Origin: an uncultured Oscillospiraceae bacterium
Lineage (GTDB): Bacteria > Bacillota > Clostridia > Oscillospirales > Oscillospiraceae
Direction of reading: 5' to 3'
DNA: 64,000 nucleotides
NCBI GenBank assembly: GCA_964387095.1
Contig: CAYLVH010000001.1
Location: 1,103 to 65,102 of the forward strand
Made by a program: the position numbers and the translations under genes. Under the pieces are notes generated by a model. The model had not been told where the DNA came from. It worked only from the letters and a program-made list of their open reading frames with translations, and ran no database searches. The stretch's first letter is position 1; every line of letters starts with the position of its first letter. Positions 9,885-17,784 of this stretch are shown in pieces.

Positions 9885-10160
9885 AAAAAGACAGCCTTCA
9901 TCCCCCTTTAGGACGAATGCTGTCAGATCCGCGGTACCACCTAAATTACTTACCTTCACTGGTAAGTCCCTCACACTCTCTGCAAGTGCTGACCCTTTAA
10001 CGCAGAGATACGGCGCACCTACTGCCCGCCCAATGGCAGCGGGGTTCAGATTGCGGCTCGCGGGTGTTCGTTCCCATGGCCTCCGCACAGGGCTTCCACC
10101 GTCCCCCGCTCGCTTTGACTTTGTTCCATGGTACTTTTCCCGGTCAATGCCTTTATAGTG
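9885..10160 (-). promoter_or_regulatory. T-box leader (Asn-type) of asnS
   Basis: On the minus strand: AGCGAGC...GACGGTGGAAGCC, GAACGAACACCCGCGAG (AAC at 10068-10066), the T-box AATTTAGGTGGTACCGCG (9947-9930), and a terminator ending in a U-run (9889-9885). Confidence 0.85.
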
Positions 10161-10165
10161 ACTGT

Positions 10166-10194
10166 ATTTTAGCGCAGGCAGTTCAAAAAGTCAA
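10166..10194 (-). promoter_or_regulatory. promoter TTGACT-17-TAAAAT for the asnS leader
   Basis: On the minus strand TTGACT is at 10194-10189 and TAAAAT at 10171-10166. Confidence 0.65.
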
Positions 10195-10275
10195 CCCTGA
10201 ACCCCTGCAAAAACTGATATTTGCATGATTTTGCCCAATCCCGGCTGCAAAAAATCGCATTCTTTTGGAAACCCG

Positions 10276-10304
10276 TTGACAATTCCGGCTATTTTATGTA
10301 AAAT
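10276..10304 (+). promoter_or_regulatory. promoter TTGACA-17-TAAAAT for the ATP-grasp operon
   Basis: TTGACA at 10276-10281 and TAAAAT at 10299-10304, divergent from the asnS promoter. Confidence 0.7.
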
Positions 10305-10315
10305 TCAGAAAAGGG

Positions 10316-10362
10316 GCGATGGGGCCGCAAATGTTTTGCAACACCATCGCTTTGTCTTTTTT
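10316..10362 (+). promoter_or_regulatory. terminator-like hairpin plus U-tract in the 5' UTR of the ATP-grasp operon
   Basis: GCGATGG (10316-10322) pairs with CCATCGC (10344-10350), with an inner GCAAA/TTTGC stem. TTTGTCTTTTTT follows, directly before the AGGAGG at 10363-10368. Confidence 0.45.
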
Positions 10363-10375
10363 AGGAGGAAACGAT

Positions 10376-11686
10376 ATGGACAAACTGGTTCAAGATGCGG
10401 GACGGATCAACCAGCAGCTGGCGCGGTATGGTGTGAAGTTTGGCATCTATAAAAACGGTACGTTCAATGAACGGCTGTTTCCCTTTGATCCCCTGCCTCG
10501 GGTGATTACCAAGGAGGAGTTTGAAGTTCTGGATCGGGGCCTGGTGCAGCGTGTCACCGCTCTGAATTCGTTTTTAAAGGATATTTACGGGGAGAAAAAG
10601 ATCATCTCCGACGGTGTTGTCCCGCCGGACTTCGCCTTTGCGGGCACCGGCTATCTGACCCCCTGCGAAGGGATTACCCCTCCCAAAGGTATTTATAGCC
10701 ACATCTCCGGCATTGACCTGGTGCAGGCCAAGGACGGAAACTGGTTCATCCTGGAGGACAACCTGAGGATCCCCTCAGGCGCCTCCTATCCCCTGATCGC
10801 CCGCAACCTCTGCCGCCGGGCGTCCCCAGACACCTTCCGCCGGCACCACGTTGTGGACAACCGCAATTACGGCAAAATGCTGTGGGACCTGATGAACTAT
10901 GTGAACTGCGGCGGTATCAACGTGATCTTAACCCCCGGTCGCTACAACGCCGCCTATTTTGAGCATTCCTATCTGGCCGAAAAGAGCGGCGTCGCCTTGG
11001 CGGAACCCGGTGACCTGCATGTGGAGGACAACGTGCTCTACTACGATGGCAACGCGGGAAAGCAGCGGGTGGGCACCCTTTACCGCCGCCTCAGTGACGA
11101 ATATCTGGACCCTGTCACCTTCCTGCCTGAGTCCCTGATTGGCGTTCCCAACCTGATGAGTGCTTACCGGGCCGGAAATGTGGCCATCCTCAACGCCCCT
11201 GGCAATGGCGTGGCCGATGACAAGGGCATTTACTACTTCGTCCCCAAGATGATCAAATACTATCTGGGTGAGGATGCCATCCTCAACAACGCCCCTACTT
11301 ACCTCCCCTTCTACGAGGAGGACCGAAATTATGTCCTTGAAAACCTGAGCAATCTGGTCATCAAGGACGTGGCAGAAGCCGGCGGCTACGGCGTGGTCTT
11401 TGGCCGGGATCTGACGAAGGTGCAGCTGGAAGCCTTTGCAGACACCATCCGCAGTGAACCCCGCCGCTTCATCGCCCAGGAGGTCATCGACTTCCAGGAT
11501 CTGCCGGTTATGGACAACGGCAAGGAGTCCCCCCGCAAGGCGGATCTGCGGGCCTTTGTCCTCTCCGGGAAAACCGTCAAGGTCTGGCCCTCCGGCCTGA
11601 CCCGTTTCTCCAGCACCTCTGATTCGTTTGTTGTCAATTCTTCTCAGGGAGGAGGCTTTAAAGATACATGGGTACTCTCACGATAA
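10376..11686 (+). CDS. circularly permuted type-2 ATP-grasp protein (COG2308 / DUF404-DUF407 type)
   Basis: ORF track 10319..11686; I moved the start to ATG 10376 (MDKLVQDAG), 7 nt after AGGAGG. Sequences such as GIDLVQAKDGNWFILEDNLRIPSGASYPL and AILNAPGNGVADDKGIYYFVP are typical of this family. Confidence 0.8.
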   Translation: MDKLVQDAGRINQQLARYGVKFGIYKNGTFNERLFPFDPLPRVITKEEFEVLDRGLVQRVTALNSFLKDIYGEKKIISDGVVPPDFAFAGTGYLTPCEGITPPKGIYSHISGIDLVQAKDGNWFILEDNLRIPSGASYPLIARNLCRRASPDTFRRHHVVDNRNYGKMLWDLMNYVNCGGINVILTPGRYNAAYFEHSYLAEKSGVALAEPGDLHVEDNVLYYDGNAGKQRVGTLYRRLSDEYLDPVTFLPESLIGVPNLMSAYRAGNVAILNAPGNGVADDKGIYYFVPKMIKYYLGEDAILNNAPTYLPFYEEDRNYVLENLSNLVIKDVAEAGGYGVVFGRDLTKVQLEAFADTIRSEPRRFIAQEVIDFQDLPVMDNGKESPRKADLRAFVLSGKTVKVWPSGLTRFSSTSDSFVVNSSQGGGFKDTWVLSR

Positions 11687-12345
11687 TCAAGATCAATCAC
11701 CTGTTTTGGCTGGGCCGCTATACCGAACGGGTCTACACCACCCTGCGCTTTATGCTTGAAGTGGGAGACCAGATGATCGACGGTAAGCCTGTGGACTACA
11801 AGTCCATCTGCCGCCACCTGATTATTCCGGACATTTACACCGACGCAGAGGATTTCTGCACCCGTCTGCTCTTCGACAAGTCCAACCCGGACTCCATCCG
11901 CTCGGCCATGTACCGCGCCTATGACAACGCCATTGTGCTGCGGGAAACCCTGAGCACCGAAGCTCTCTCCTATATCTTCCTGGCCCTGGATGACCTGGAT
12001 CAGTCCGCCATCAGCGATGCCCCCGCCCTGTACATGCAGCAGGCCATTGACCACATTCTGGCCTTCCGGGGCAGCTGGGAGGACTACATTGAGGACGACG
12101 ACACCCGCCGGGTCATCAGCCTGGGCACCAACGTAGAACGGATTGACCTTTATCTCCGTTTGGATTATAATCAACCTATGGTGCGCAAAGAGGTCAGCAA
12201 GCTGGTCAACCGGATGTACAAGACCAAGGTTCCCTGTGATCTTGAGCGAATGAAAAAACTGGCAGATGTGCTGCTGATGCCGGAGCATGAGCTGCCCAGT
12301 ACCAAGGAATTCCTGGACTGGGTGGACAACGTCTTCCAGATATAA
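11668..12345 (+). CDS. alpha-E domain protein (COG2307 / DUF403 type)
   Basis: MGTLTIIKINHLFWLGRYTERVYTTLR is the characteristic alpha-E N-terminus. It overlaps the ATP-grasp gene by 19 nt and follows GGAGGAGG. Confidence 0.75.
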   Translation: MGTLTIIKINHLFWLGRYTERVYTTLRFMLEVGDQMIDGKPVDYKSICRHLIIPDIYTDAEDFCTRLLFDKSNPDSIRSAMYRAYDNAIVLRETLSTEALSYIFLALDDLDQSAISDAPALYMQQAIDHILAFRGSWEDYIEDDDTRRVISLGTNVERIDLYLRLDYNQPMVRKEVSKLVNRMYKTKVPCDLERMKKLADVLLMPEHELPSTKEFLDWVDNVFQI

Positions 12346-12408
12346 CTTTGCCACTTTTAAGCTACAATTAAGCTACAATTGTTAAAGGGCCCAAAGGAGG
12401 ACCAATTT

Positions 12409-13167
12409 GTGAGACGTCTGGACTATACCTACCGCACTCACATCGCATTTGATGTGCCGGTCAAGGATCACTATTTCACCCTGCGCTGTCTGCCCCGGGA
12501 AACCCCCACGCAGCACATCGTAACCCAGCGGCTGAGCCTGGAGCCTGATATGGCCTGGACCATGCAGCAGGATGGCTTCGGCAACCAGCTTCAGGTGGGC
12601 AGCTATCGGGAGGAGCATCTGTGCTTTGGCTATACGGCGGAGGGCGTCTCCATTGTGGATCAGTCCATCCCGGATTTCACCCCATGCAGTCCGGTATTCT
12701 ACTCCACCTCCCCGCTGACAAAGCCCGGTCCGGCGCTGACGGCGCTCTATCAGGACCGGGGGAGGGGCCTGTCCCCGGAAAGGCTGATGCATCTGGTTTA
12801 TCAGTCCATCACCTATACCGCCGGTGCCACCGGCGTAAACACCACGGCGGAGGAAGCGCTGGTCCTGGGCAAGGGGGTCTGTCAGGACGAAGCCCATATC
12901 CTGATCTCCCTGTGCCGGATGGCGGGAATTCCCGCCCGCTATGTCTGCGGCCTCTTCATCGGCGAAGGCGCCACCCATGCCTGGGTGGAGGTCTTCCAGG
13001 ACGGCTGCTGGCGGGGGCTGGATCCCACCCGGGATTGCCCTGTGGACGAGGAATATCTGGTGATCTCCTACGGGCGGGATTACTGCGACTGCCCGGTGGA
13101 GCGGGGCGTTTTTCGGGGAAATGCCGGGCAATCCCAAACAGTATTTATGCAGGTAAAAGGCGAGTAA
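12409..13167 (+). CDS. transglutaminase-like cysteine protease family protein
   Basis: ORF track 12379..13167; the likely start is GTG 12409, 8 nt after AGGAGG. It has a Bact_transglu_N-like start (YRTHIAFDVPVKDHYFTLRCLP) and the catalytic core GKGVCQDEAHILISLCRMAGIPARYVCG...THAWVEV...DPT. Confidence 0.8.
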   Translation: MRRLDYTYRTHIAFDVPVKDHYFTLRCLPRETPTQHIVTQRLSLEPDMAWTMQQDGFGNQLQVGSYREEHLCFGYTAEGVSIVDQSIPDFTPCSPVFYSTSPLTKPGPALTALYQDRGRGLSPERLMHLVYQSITYTAGATGVNTTAEEALVLGKGVCQDEAHILISLCRMAGIPARYVCGLFIGEGATHAWVEVFQDGCWRGLDPTRDCPVDEEYLVISYGRDYCDCPVERGVFRGNAGQSQTVFMQVKGE

Positions 13168-13228
13168 ATGGATCGGACTGGCGAAGGTTGTCATCTGCCA
13201 GCCCGATTTTTATATGGAGGAATCATCT

Positions 13229-14167
13229 ATGGAAATAACAGTTGCCTCTGTGATTTTGCCAGTAGGCGAAACGGAGCGCATTATCAAAAACCGCATTCAA
13301 CCGCAAAAGGACAACGACAAGGGCAAGCGGATCTGCATTGTCACCGGCACCCACGGCGATGAGCTGGAGGGCCAATATGTCTGCTGGAAGCTGAGCCGCA
13401 TTTTGCAGGAGGGGATCGAGCACCTCCACGGCACCGTGGACATTTACCCCGCCCTGAATCCCCTGGGCGTCAACACCATCAACCGGGGCGTCCCCGGCTT
13501 TGACTTGGACATGAACCGGATCTTCCCCGGCGACCCCGATGGCACCACCACCCGGTATCTGGCCCACAAGATTATCCAGGATATCTCCGGCGCGGACCTC
13601 TGCATTGACATCCACGCCTCCAACATCTATCTGAGAGAGTTGCCCCAGGCCCGGGTGAATGTGAATACCGCCAAGCAGCTGCTGCCCATGGCAAGGGAAT
13701 TAAATTTGGACTTCATCTGGATTCACGCCGCCTCCACCGTGCTGGAATCCACCTTGGCCTGCTCTCTGAACTCCATCGGCACTCCCACCATTGTGGTGGA
13801 GATGGGCGTAGGCATGCGCATCACCGAGACCTATGGCCGCCAGCTCATCACTGGCATCCTCAACCTGCTGCAAAAGATGGAAATCTGGGATGCACCTGCC
13901 GGCTCCATCCGGGAACCCATCATCAGCAGCGACGGGCATGTCTCCTTTATCAACGCCAATGTCTCCGGCATCTTCCTCCCCCATGTGCTCCATGATGCCA
14001 AGGTCACCGAGGGCCAGGAACTGGGCGTCATCGCTGATCCTGCCAACGGCGACGTCAAGAAGGTCCTGAACAGCCCGGTGGACGGACTGCTGTTCACCCT
14101 GCGGGAGTACCCGGTGGTGGCTCCCGGTTCCCTGATCGCCCGCATTTTAGGAGGTTTAGACGGATGA
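13229..14167 (+). CDS. succinylglutamate desuccinylase / aspartoacylase (AstE/AspA, COG3608) family deacylase, zinc site intact
   Basis: ORF track 13214..14167; ATG 13229 follows GGAGGAA. The zinc-site motifs TGTHGDELEG, CIDIHAS and VVEMG are present. Confidence 0.75.
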   Translation: MEITVASVILPVGETERIIKNRIQPQKDNDKGKRICIVTGTHGDELEGQYVCWKLSRILQEGIEHLHGTVDIYPALNPLGVNTINRGVPGFDLDMNRIFPGDPDGTTTRYLAHKIIQDISGADLCIDIHASNIYLRELPQARVNVNTAKQLLPMARELNLDFIWIHAASTVLESTLACSLNSIGTPTIVVEMGVGMRITETYGRQLITGILNLLQKMEIWDAPAGSIREPIISSDGHVSFINANVSGIFLPHVLHDAKVTEGQELGVIADPANGDVKKVLNSPVDGLLFTLREYPVVAPGSLIARILGGLDG

Positions 14168-15099
14168 AAGAAGACGTTTTATTCACGGTAGACACCCTCT
14201 ACCGCCCTGATTTGGAAATCACGGGCTTCCGCTTCGGGGCAGGGAAAAAGGCCCTGTGTGTGCTGGGCTCCACCCGAGGCAATGAAATTCAGCAGACCTA
14301 CACCTGCGCCAAGCTGGTCAAGACCCTGAAGGGGCTGGAAGCCCAAGGAGCGCTCCGCCCAGGCTTTGAAATTCTGGTGATTCCCACCGTCAACCAGGCC
14401 TCCATAAATGTGGAACGCCGATTCTGGCCCCTGGATAACTCGGACATCAACCGCATGTTCCCCGGCTACGACCAGGGCGAGACCACCCAGCGGATCGCCG
14501 CAAGCCTGTTCAATCTGGTCAAGGACTTTGAGAGCGGCGTCCAGCTGGCCTCCTTCCACATGACCGGCGATTTCCTGCCCCATATCCGCGTGATGCACAC
14601 CGGTTACCAACGGCTGGATCTGGCGGCTCAGTTCGGAATGCCCTACGTGGTGGATCACACCCCCGAACCCTTCGACTCCACCACCCTGAACTACAATTGG
14701 CAGCTCTGGGGCACCAATGCCTTCTCCCTGTACACCAAGGAGACCGGCATCATCGACGAGGATAGCGCCCAAATGGCCGTCCTGGCCATCCTGCGCTTTA
14801 TGAACCGTCAGGGTTGGCTGAAATACCCCGTCCACGGGGGATATGTGTCCTCCAATGTGGAGGACAAGGACATGGTTGCCGTCTTGTCCCCCACCGGGGG
14901 CATCTTCCGCCGCTGCAAACAGCCCGGGGATATGGTCCGCGCCAGCGATGTGCTGGCGGAGATCCTCTCCCCCTACGATGCCTCCATTCAGGGGCAGGTT
15001 CTGGCCACCGTTACCGGTACGGTGTTCTTCGCCCATAAGCGGCCCCTGATCACTGAGCACCAGGTGGCTTTCAATATAATTCGGCAAATGAGATCTTAA
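14164..15099 (+). CDS. AstE/AspA-family paralogue with a substituted zinc ligand (GSTRGNE in place of GTHGxE)
   Basis: Its ATG overlaps the upstream stop (ATGA at 14164-14167) and AGGAGG lies upstream. It has the same length and fold pattern as the preceding gene, but the first zinc His is Arg. Confidence 0.7.
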   Translation: MKEDVLFTVDTLYRPDLEITGFRFGAGKKALCVLGSTRGNEIQQTYTCAKLVKTLKGLEAQGALRPGFEILVIPTVNQASINVERRFWPLDNSDINRMFPGYDQGETTQRIAASLFNLVKDFESGVQLASFHMTGDFLPHIRVMHTGYQRLDLAAQFGMPYVVDHTPEPFDSTTLNYNWQLWGTNAFSLYTKETGIIDEDSAQMAVLAILRFMNRQGWLKYPVHGGYVSSNVEDKDMVAVLSPTGGIFRRCKQPGDMVRASDVLAEILSPYDASIQGQVLATVTGTVFFAHKRPLITEHQVAFNIIRQMRS

Positions 15100-15104
15100 A
15101 ATAT

Positions 15105-15148
15105 GCAAAGACAGGCTGTGGAGCTCCCCTTCCGCAGCCTGTCTTTGC
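15105..15148 (+). terminator. hairpin closing the ATP-grasp operon
   Basis: 14-bp perfect stem GCAAAGACAGGCTG / CAGCCTGTCTTTGC with a 16-nt loop, starting 6 nt after the stop. The U-tail is weak. Confidence 0.6.
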
Positions 15149-15191
15149 AACGCATAGACAAGCCCCCTGCATTTTCCCAAAAAACAGGGGG

Positions 15192-15220
15192 TTGACATTT
15201 CCCCCTTCATGAGCTATAAT
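15192..15220 (+). promoter_or_regulatory. consensus promoter TTGACA-17-TATAAT for the asnB leader
   Basis: TTGACA at 15192-15197 and TATAAT at 15215-15220. Confidence 0.75.
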
Positions 15221-15224
15221 ACAT

Positions 15225-15505
15225 CCTGTCAAAAGCCTTGACCGGGAAAAGTAATGCGGACCGGAGTTTTAGCGAGCAGGGGACGGTGGGAGCCCTGTAC
15301 AATGACCGCACGAACGAACACCCGCGAGCTTCAATCTGAACGCCGCCTCCCGGGTGGTCAGTAGGTGCGACGCATCCCAGCGTTATCAGGGTATGCGCTT
15401 AGTAGAGCGTGAGTGGACTTATCAAGGAGGATAAGTAATTTAGGTGGTACCGCGGAGCTGACAGCATTCGTCCTAAGCAGAAGGATGGGGCTGTCTATTT
15501 TTATA
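15225..15505 (+). promoter_or_regulatory. T-box leader (Asn-type) of asparagine synthase
   Basis: AGCGAGC...GACGGTGGGAGCC, GAACGAACACCCGCGAG (AAC at 15317-15319), the T-box AATTTAGGTGGTACCGCG (15437-15454), and the terminator CTGACAGC...GGCTGTC followed by TATTTTTA. Confidence 0.85.
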
Positions 15506-15518
15506 CCTTATACATAGG

Positions 15519-15567
15519 AAACCGTCCTTTCTTCTGGATATCCAGAAATCTCAAAAAAGGACGGTTT
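15519..15567 (+). promoter_or_regulatory. second hairpin enclosing a 16-nt perfect palindrome; it sequesters the asnB Shine-Dalgarno sequence
   Basis: AAACCGTCCTT (15519-15529) pairs with AAGGACGGTTT (15557-15567). The inner palindrome is TTCTGGATATCCAGAA at 15532-15547. The only SD-like AAGGA lies within the 3' arm, and the ATG is at 15573. Confidence 0.5.
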
Positions 15568-15572
15568 TGATT

Positions 15573-17153
15573 ATGTGTTGTGTTATGGGTTATGCAGGCA
15601 AGGACATCACCCCCGCTGAATTTGAAGGCTATCTCCTTCGCACCCATTCCCGGGGCCCCGATGAGCACCGAGTGCTGGAGACGGAGTTCGGCTATCTGGG
15701 CTTCGGCCGTCTGGCCATTATGGGCCTGACCCTCGAGGGTATGCAGCCCTTTACCCAGGGCAGCGATGCCGTGGTCTGCAACGGCGAGCTATACGGCTTC
15801 CGCAAGCAGAAGCCAGAACTGGAGGCCAAAGGCTATACGTTTAAGTCCGACTCGGACTGCGAGCTGCTCCTCCCCCTGTACTATGAATACGGCCTGGATA
15901 TGTTCCGTCATTTGGATGCGGAATTCGCCATGGTGCTGTACGATTCCAAGAAAAAGCGCCTGATCGCCGCCCGGGACCCCATCGGCATCCGCCCGCTGTT
16001 CTACGGCTACTCGGACTCCGGCAAGATCGCCTTCGCCAGCGAGGCCAAAAACCTGGTGGGCCTCTGCGCGGAAGTAAAGCCCTTCCCCATCGGCTCCTTC
16101 TACTGTGACGGCCTATTTGTCCAGTATGAGGACATCGCCGCCGTTTCCGCATACAACGACGACGATCTGGACACCATCACCACCAAGATTCGGGAAAAGC
16201 TCGTGGCCGGCGTGGAAAAGCGCCTGGATTCCGACACCCCGGTGGGTTTCCTGCTGTCCGGGGGGCTGGATTCCTCCCTGGTCTGCGCCATTGCCGCGAA
16301 GGAGCTGGACACCCCTATCCGCACCTTTGCCATTGGCATGAGCGAGGACGCCATCGACCTGAAATACGCCAGGCAGACGGCGGATTACCTGCACTCCGAC
16401 CACACGGAGGTCATCATCAACAAGGAGCTCGTCCTCCAAAGCCTGGAGGAGGTCATTGCCATGCTGGGTACCTTTGACATTACCACCATACGCGCCTCCA
16501 TTGGTATGTATCTGGTCTGCAAGGCCATTCACGAACAGACGGATATCCGGGTTCTGCTGACCGGCGAAATTTCCGACGAGCTATTTGGCTATAAGTACAC
16601 CGACTTTGCCCCTGACCCGGAGTCCTTCCAATGGGAATCCCAAAAGCGAATCCGGGAGCTGCACATGTATGATGTGCTCCGGGCTGACCGCAGCATCTCC
16701 GTCAACAGCCTGGAGGCCCGGGTTCCCTTCGGTGACCTGGACTTCGTCCGCTATGTCATGAGCATTGACCCCGCAAAGAAGCAGAACACCTACGGCAAGG
16801 GCAAGTATCTGCTGCGCAAGGCCTTTGAGGGGGACTGGCTCCCCAGCGAGATCCTGTGGCGGGAGAAGGCCGCTTTCTCCGACGCTGTGGGCCACTCCAT
16901 GGTGGACTACCTAAAGGAGTATGCGGAAAGCTGCTATACCGACGCGGGATTCGCAGAAAAGCGCATGGCCTATTCCCACGCCCGCCCCTTCACCAAGGAG
17001 AGCCTCCTGTACCGGGAGCTGTTCGAGAAGTATTATCCCCACCAGGCCCAGATGGTTGTGGACTTCTGGATGCCCAACAAGAGCTGGGAGGGCTGCGACG
17101 TCAACGACCCCTCCGCCCGCGTGCTCAGCAACTACGGGGCCTCCGGCCAGTGA
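15573..17153 (+). CDS. asnB: asparagine synthase (glutamine-hydrolysing)
   Basis: ORF track 15567..17153 uses a TTG start. ATG 15573 gives MC..., placing the Ntn nucleophile Cys at position 2. The PP-loop SGGLDSS and a C-terminal AsnB-type domain are present. Confidence 0.88.
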   Translation: MCCVMGYAGKDITPAEFEGYLLRTHSRGPDEHRVLETEFGYLGFGRLAIMGLTLEGMQPFTQGSDAVVCNGELYGFRKQKPELEAKGYTFKSDSDCELLLPLYYEYGLDMFRHLDAEFAMVLYDSKKKRLIAARDPIGIRPLFYGYSDSGKIAFASEAKNLVGLCAEVKPFPIGSFYCDGLFVQYEDIAAVSAYNDDDLDTITTKIREKLVAGVEKRLDSDTPVGFLLSGGLDSSLVCAIAAKELDTPIRTFAIGMSEDAIDLKYARQTADYLHSDHTEVIINKELVLQSLEEVIAMLGTFDITTIRASIGMYLVCKAIHEQTDIRVLLTGEISDELFGYKYTDFAPDPESFQWESQKRIRELHMYDVLRADRSISVNSLEARVPFGDLDFVRYVMSIDPAKKQNTYGKGKYLLRKAFEGDWLPSEILWREKAAFSDAVGHSMVDYLKEYAESCYTDAGFAEKRMAYSHARPFTKESLLYRELFEKYYPHQAQMVVDFWMPNKSWEGCDVNDPSARVLSNYGASGQ

Positions 17154-17194
17154 GGCCCGGAAAGTCTGAAACTCTGATCTGATGAAAAACAACG

Positions 17195-17233
17195 CAAGGC
17201 ACAAACCACCCAGCCGTGATTTGTGCCTTGTTT
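17195..17233 (+). terminator. asnB terminator
   Basis: CAAGGCACAAA / TTTGTGCCTTG stem followed by TTT. A second GC hairpin (17237-17260) abuts the stop of the convergent HxlR gene. Confidence 0.7.
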
Positions 17234-17259
17234 GATGCCCTCCCCCGCTTCCGGGAGGG

Positions 17260-17715
17260 CTATTCCTTTTTGTTCCGTTCCTTAATCAGCTGGAGGTACT
17301 GTTCTATGGGCATATTCATGATCTCCGGATCCGGCTCCAAATATCCGTGGTACATTTGTCCCCGGTGGTCAATGGGGATCCCCCGCCGCTTCATCTCTGT
17401 CCACCCCCACTTGTATATCTCAAACAGCAGCGGGATGGTGGATTCCCCCACCGGGGTCAGGTGATACTCCACTCTTGGGGGAATTTCAGAAAACATCTCA
17501 CGGACAATCAGGCCGTCGGCCTCCAGCTCCCGCAGGTTTTCAGTCAACACCTTGTTGGAGATGGGAAAGGTCGCGGCAAATTTGCTGAACCGGGTTGCGC
17601 CGTTGTCAAAGTAGATTGCAGTCAAAATAAAGGGCTTCCACTTTGACATGAAAATCCGCATGACAAACCGGTAAGGATCCTCCCCATCCGGGAAATTAAG
17701 CAGGACCTTCGCCAC
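17260..17715 (-). CDS. HxlR-family (winged-helix) transcriptional regulator with C-terminal extension
   Basis: ORF track 17260..17778; the likely start is GTG 17715, 7 nt after GGAGG. SKWKPFILTAIYFDNGATRFSKF...LTENLRELEADGLIVREMFSEIPPRVEYHLTPVG is the HxlR signature. Confidence 0.75.
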   Translation of the reverse strand: MAKVLLNFPDGEDPYRFVMRIFMSKWKPFILTAIYFDNGATRFSKFAATFPISNKVLTENLRELEADGLIVREMFSEIPPRVEYHLTPVGESTIPLLFEIYKWGWTEMKRRGIPIDHRGQMYHGYLEPDPEIMNMPIEQYLQLIKERNKKE

Positions 17716-17784
17716 GAAAAAACCTCCTCTCCAATCTTTTGTAAATATTATTTTAACAGAGGTTGGTTTTGAAATCAATGCGGG

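Noticed and set aside
12382-15210. Minus-strand ORFs 12382..13194 (270 aa) and 14179..15210 (343 aa) opposite the transglutaminase and deacylase genes
   Set aside because: They lie antisense to genes with clear catalytic motifs. Their composition is low-complexity and Gly/His/Pro-rich, and they have no RBS.
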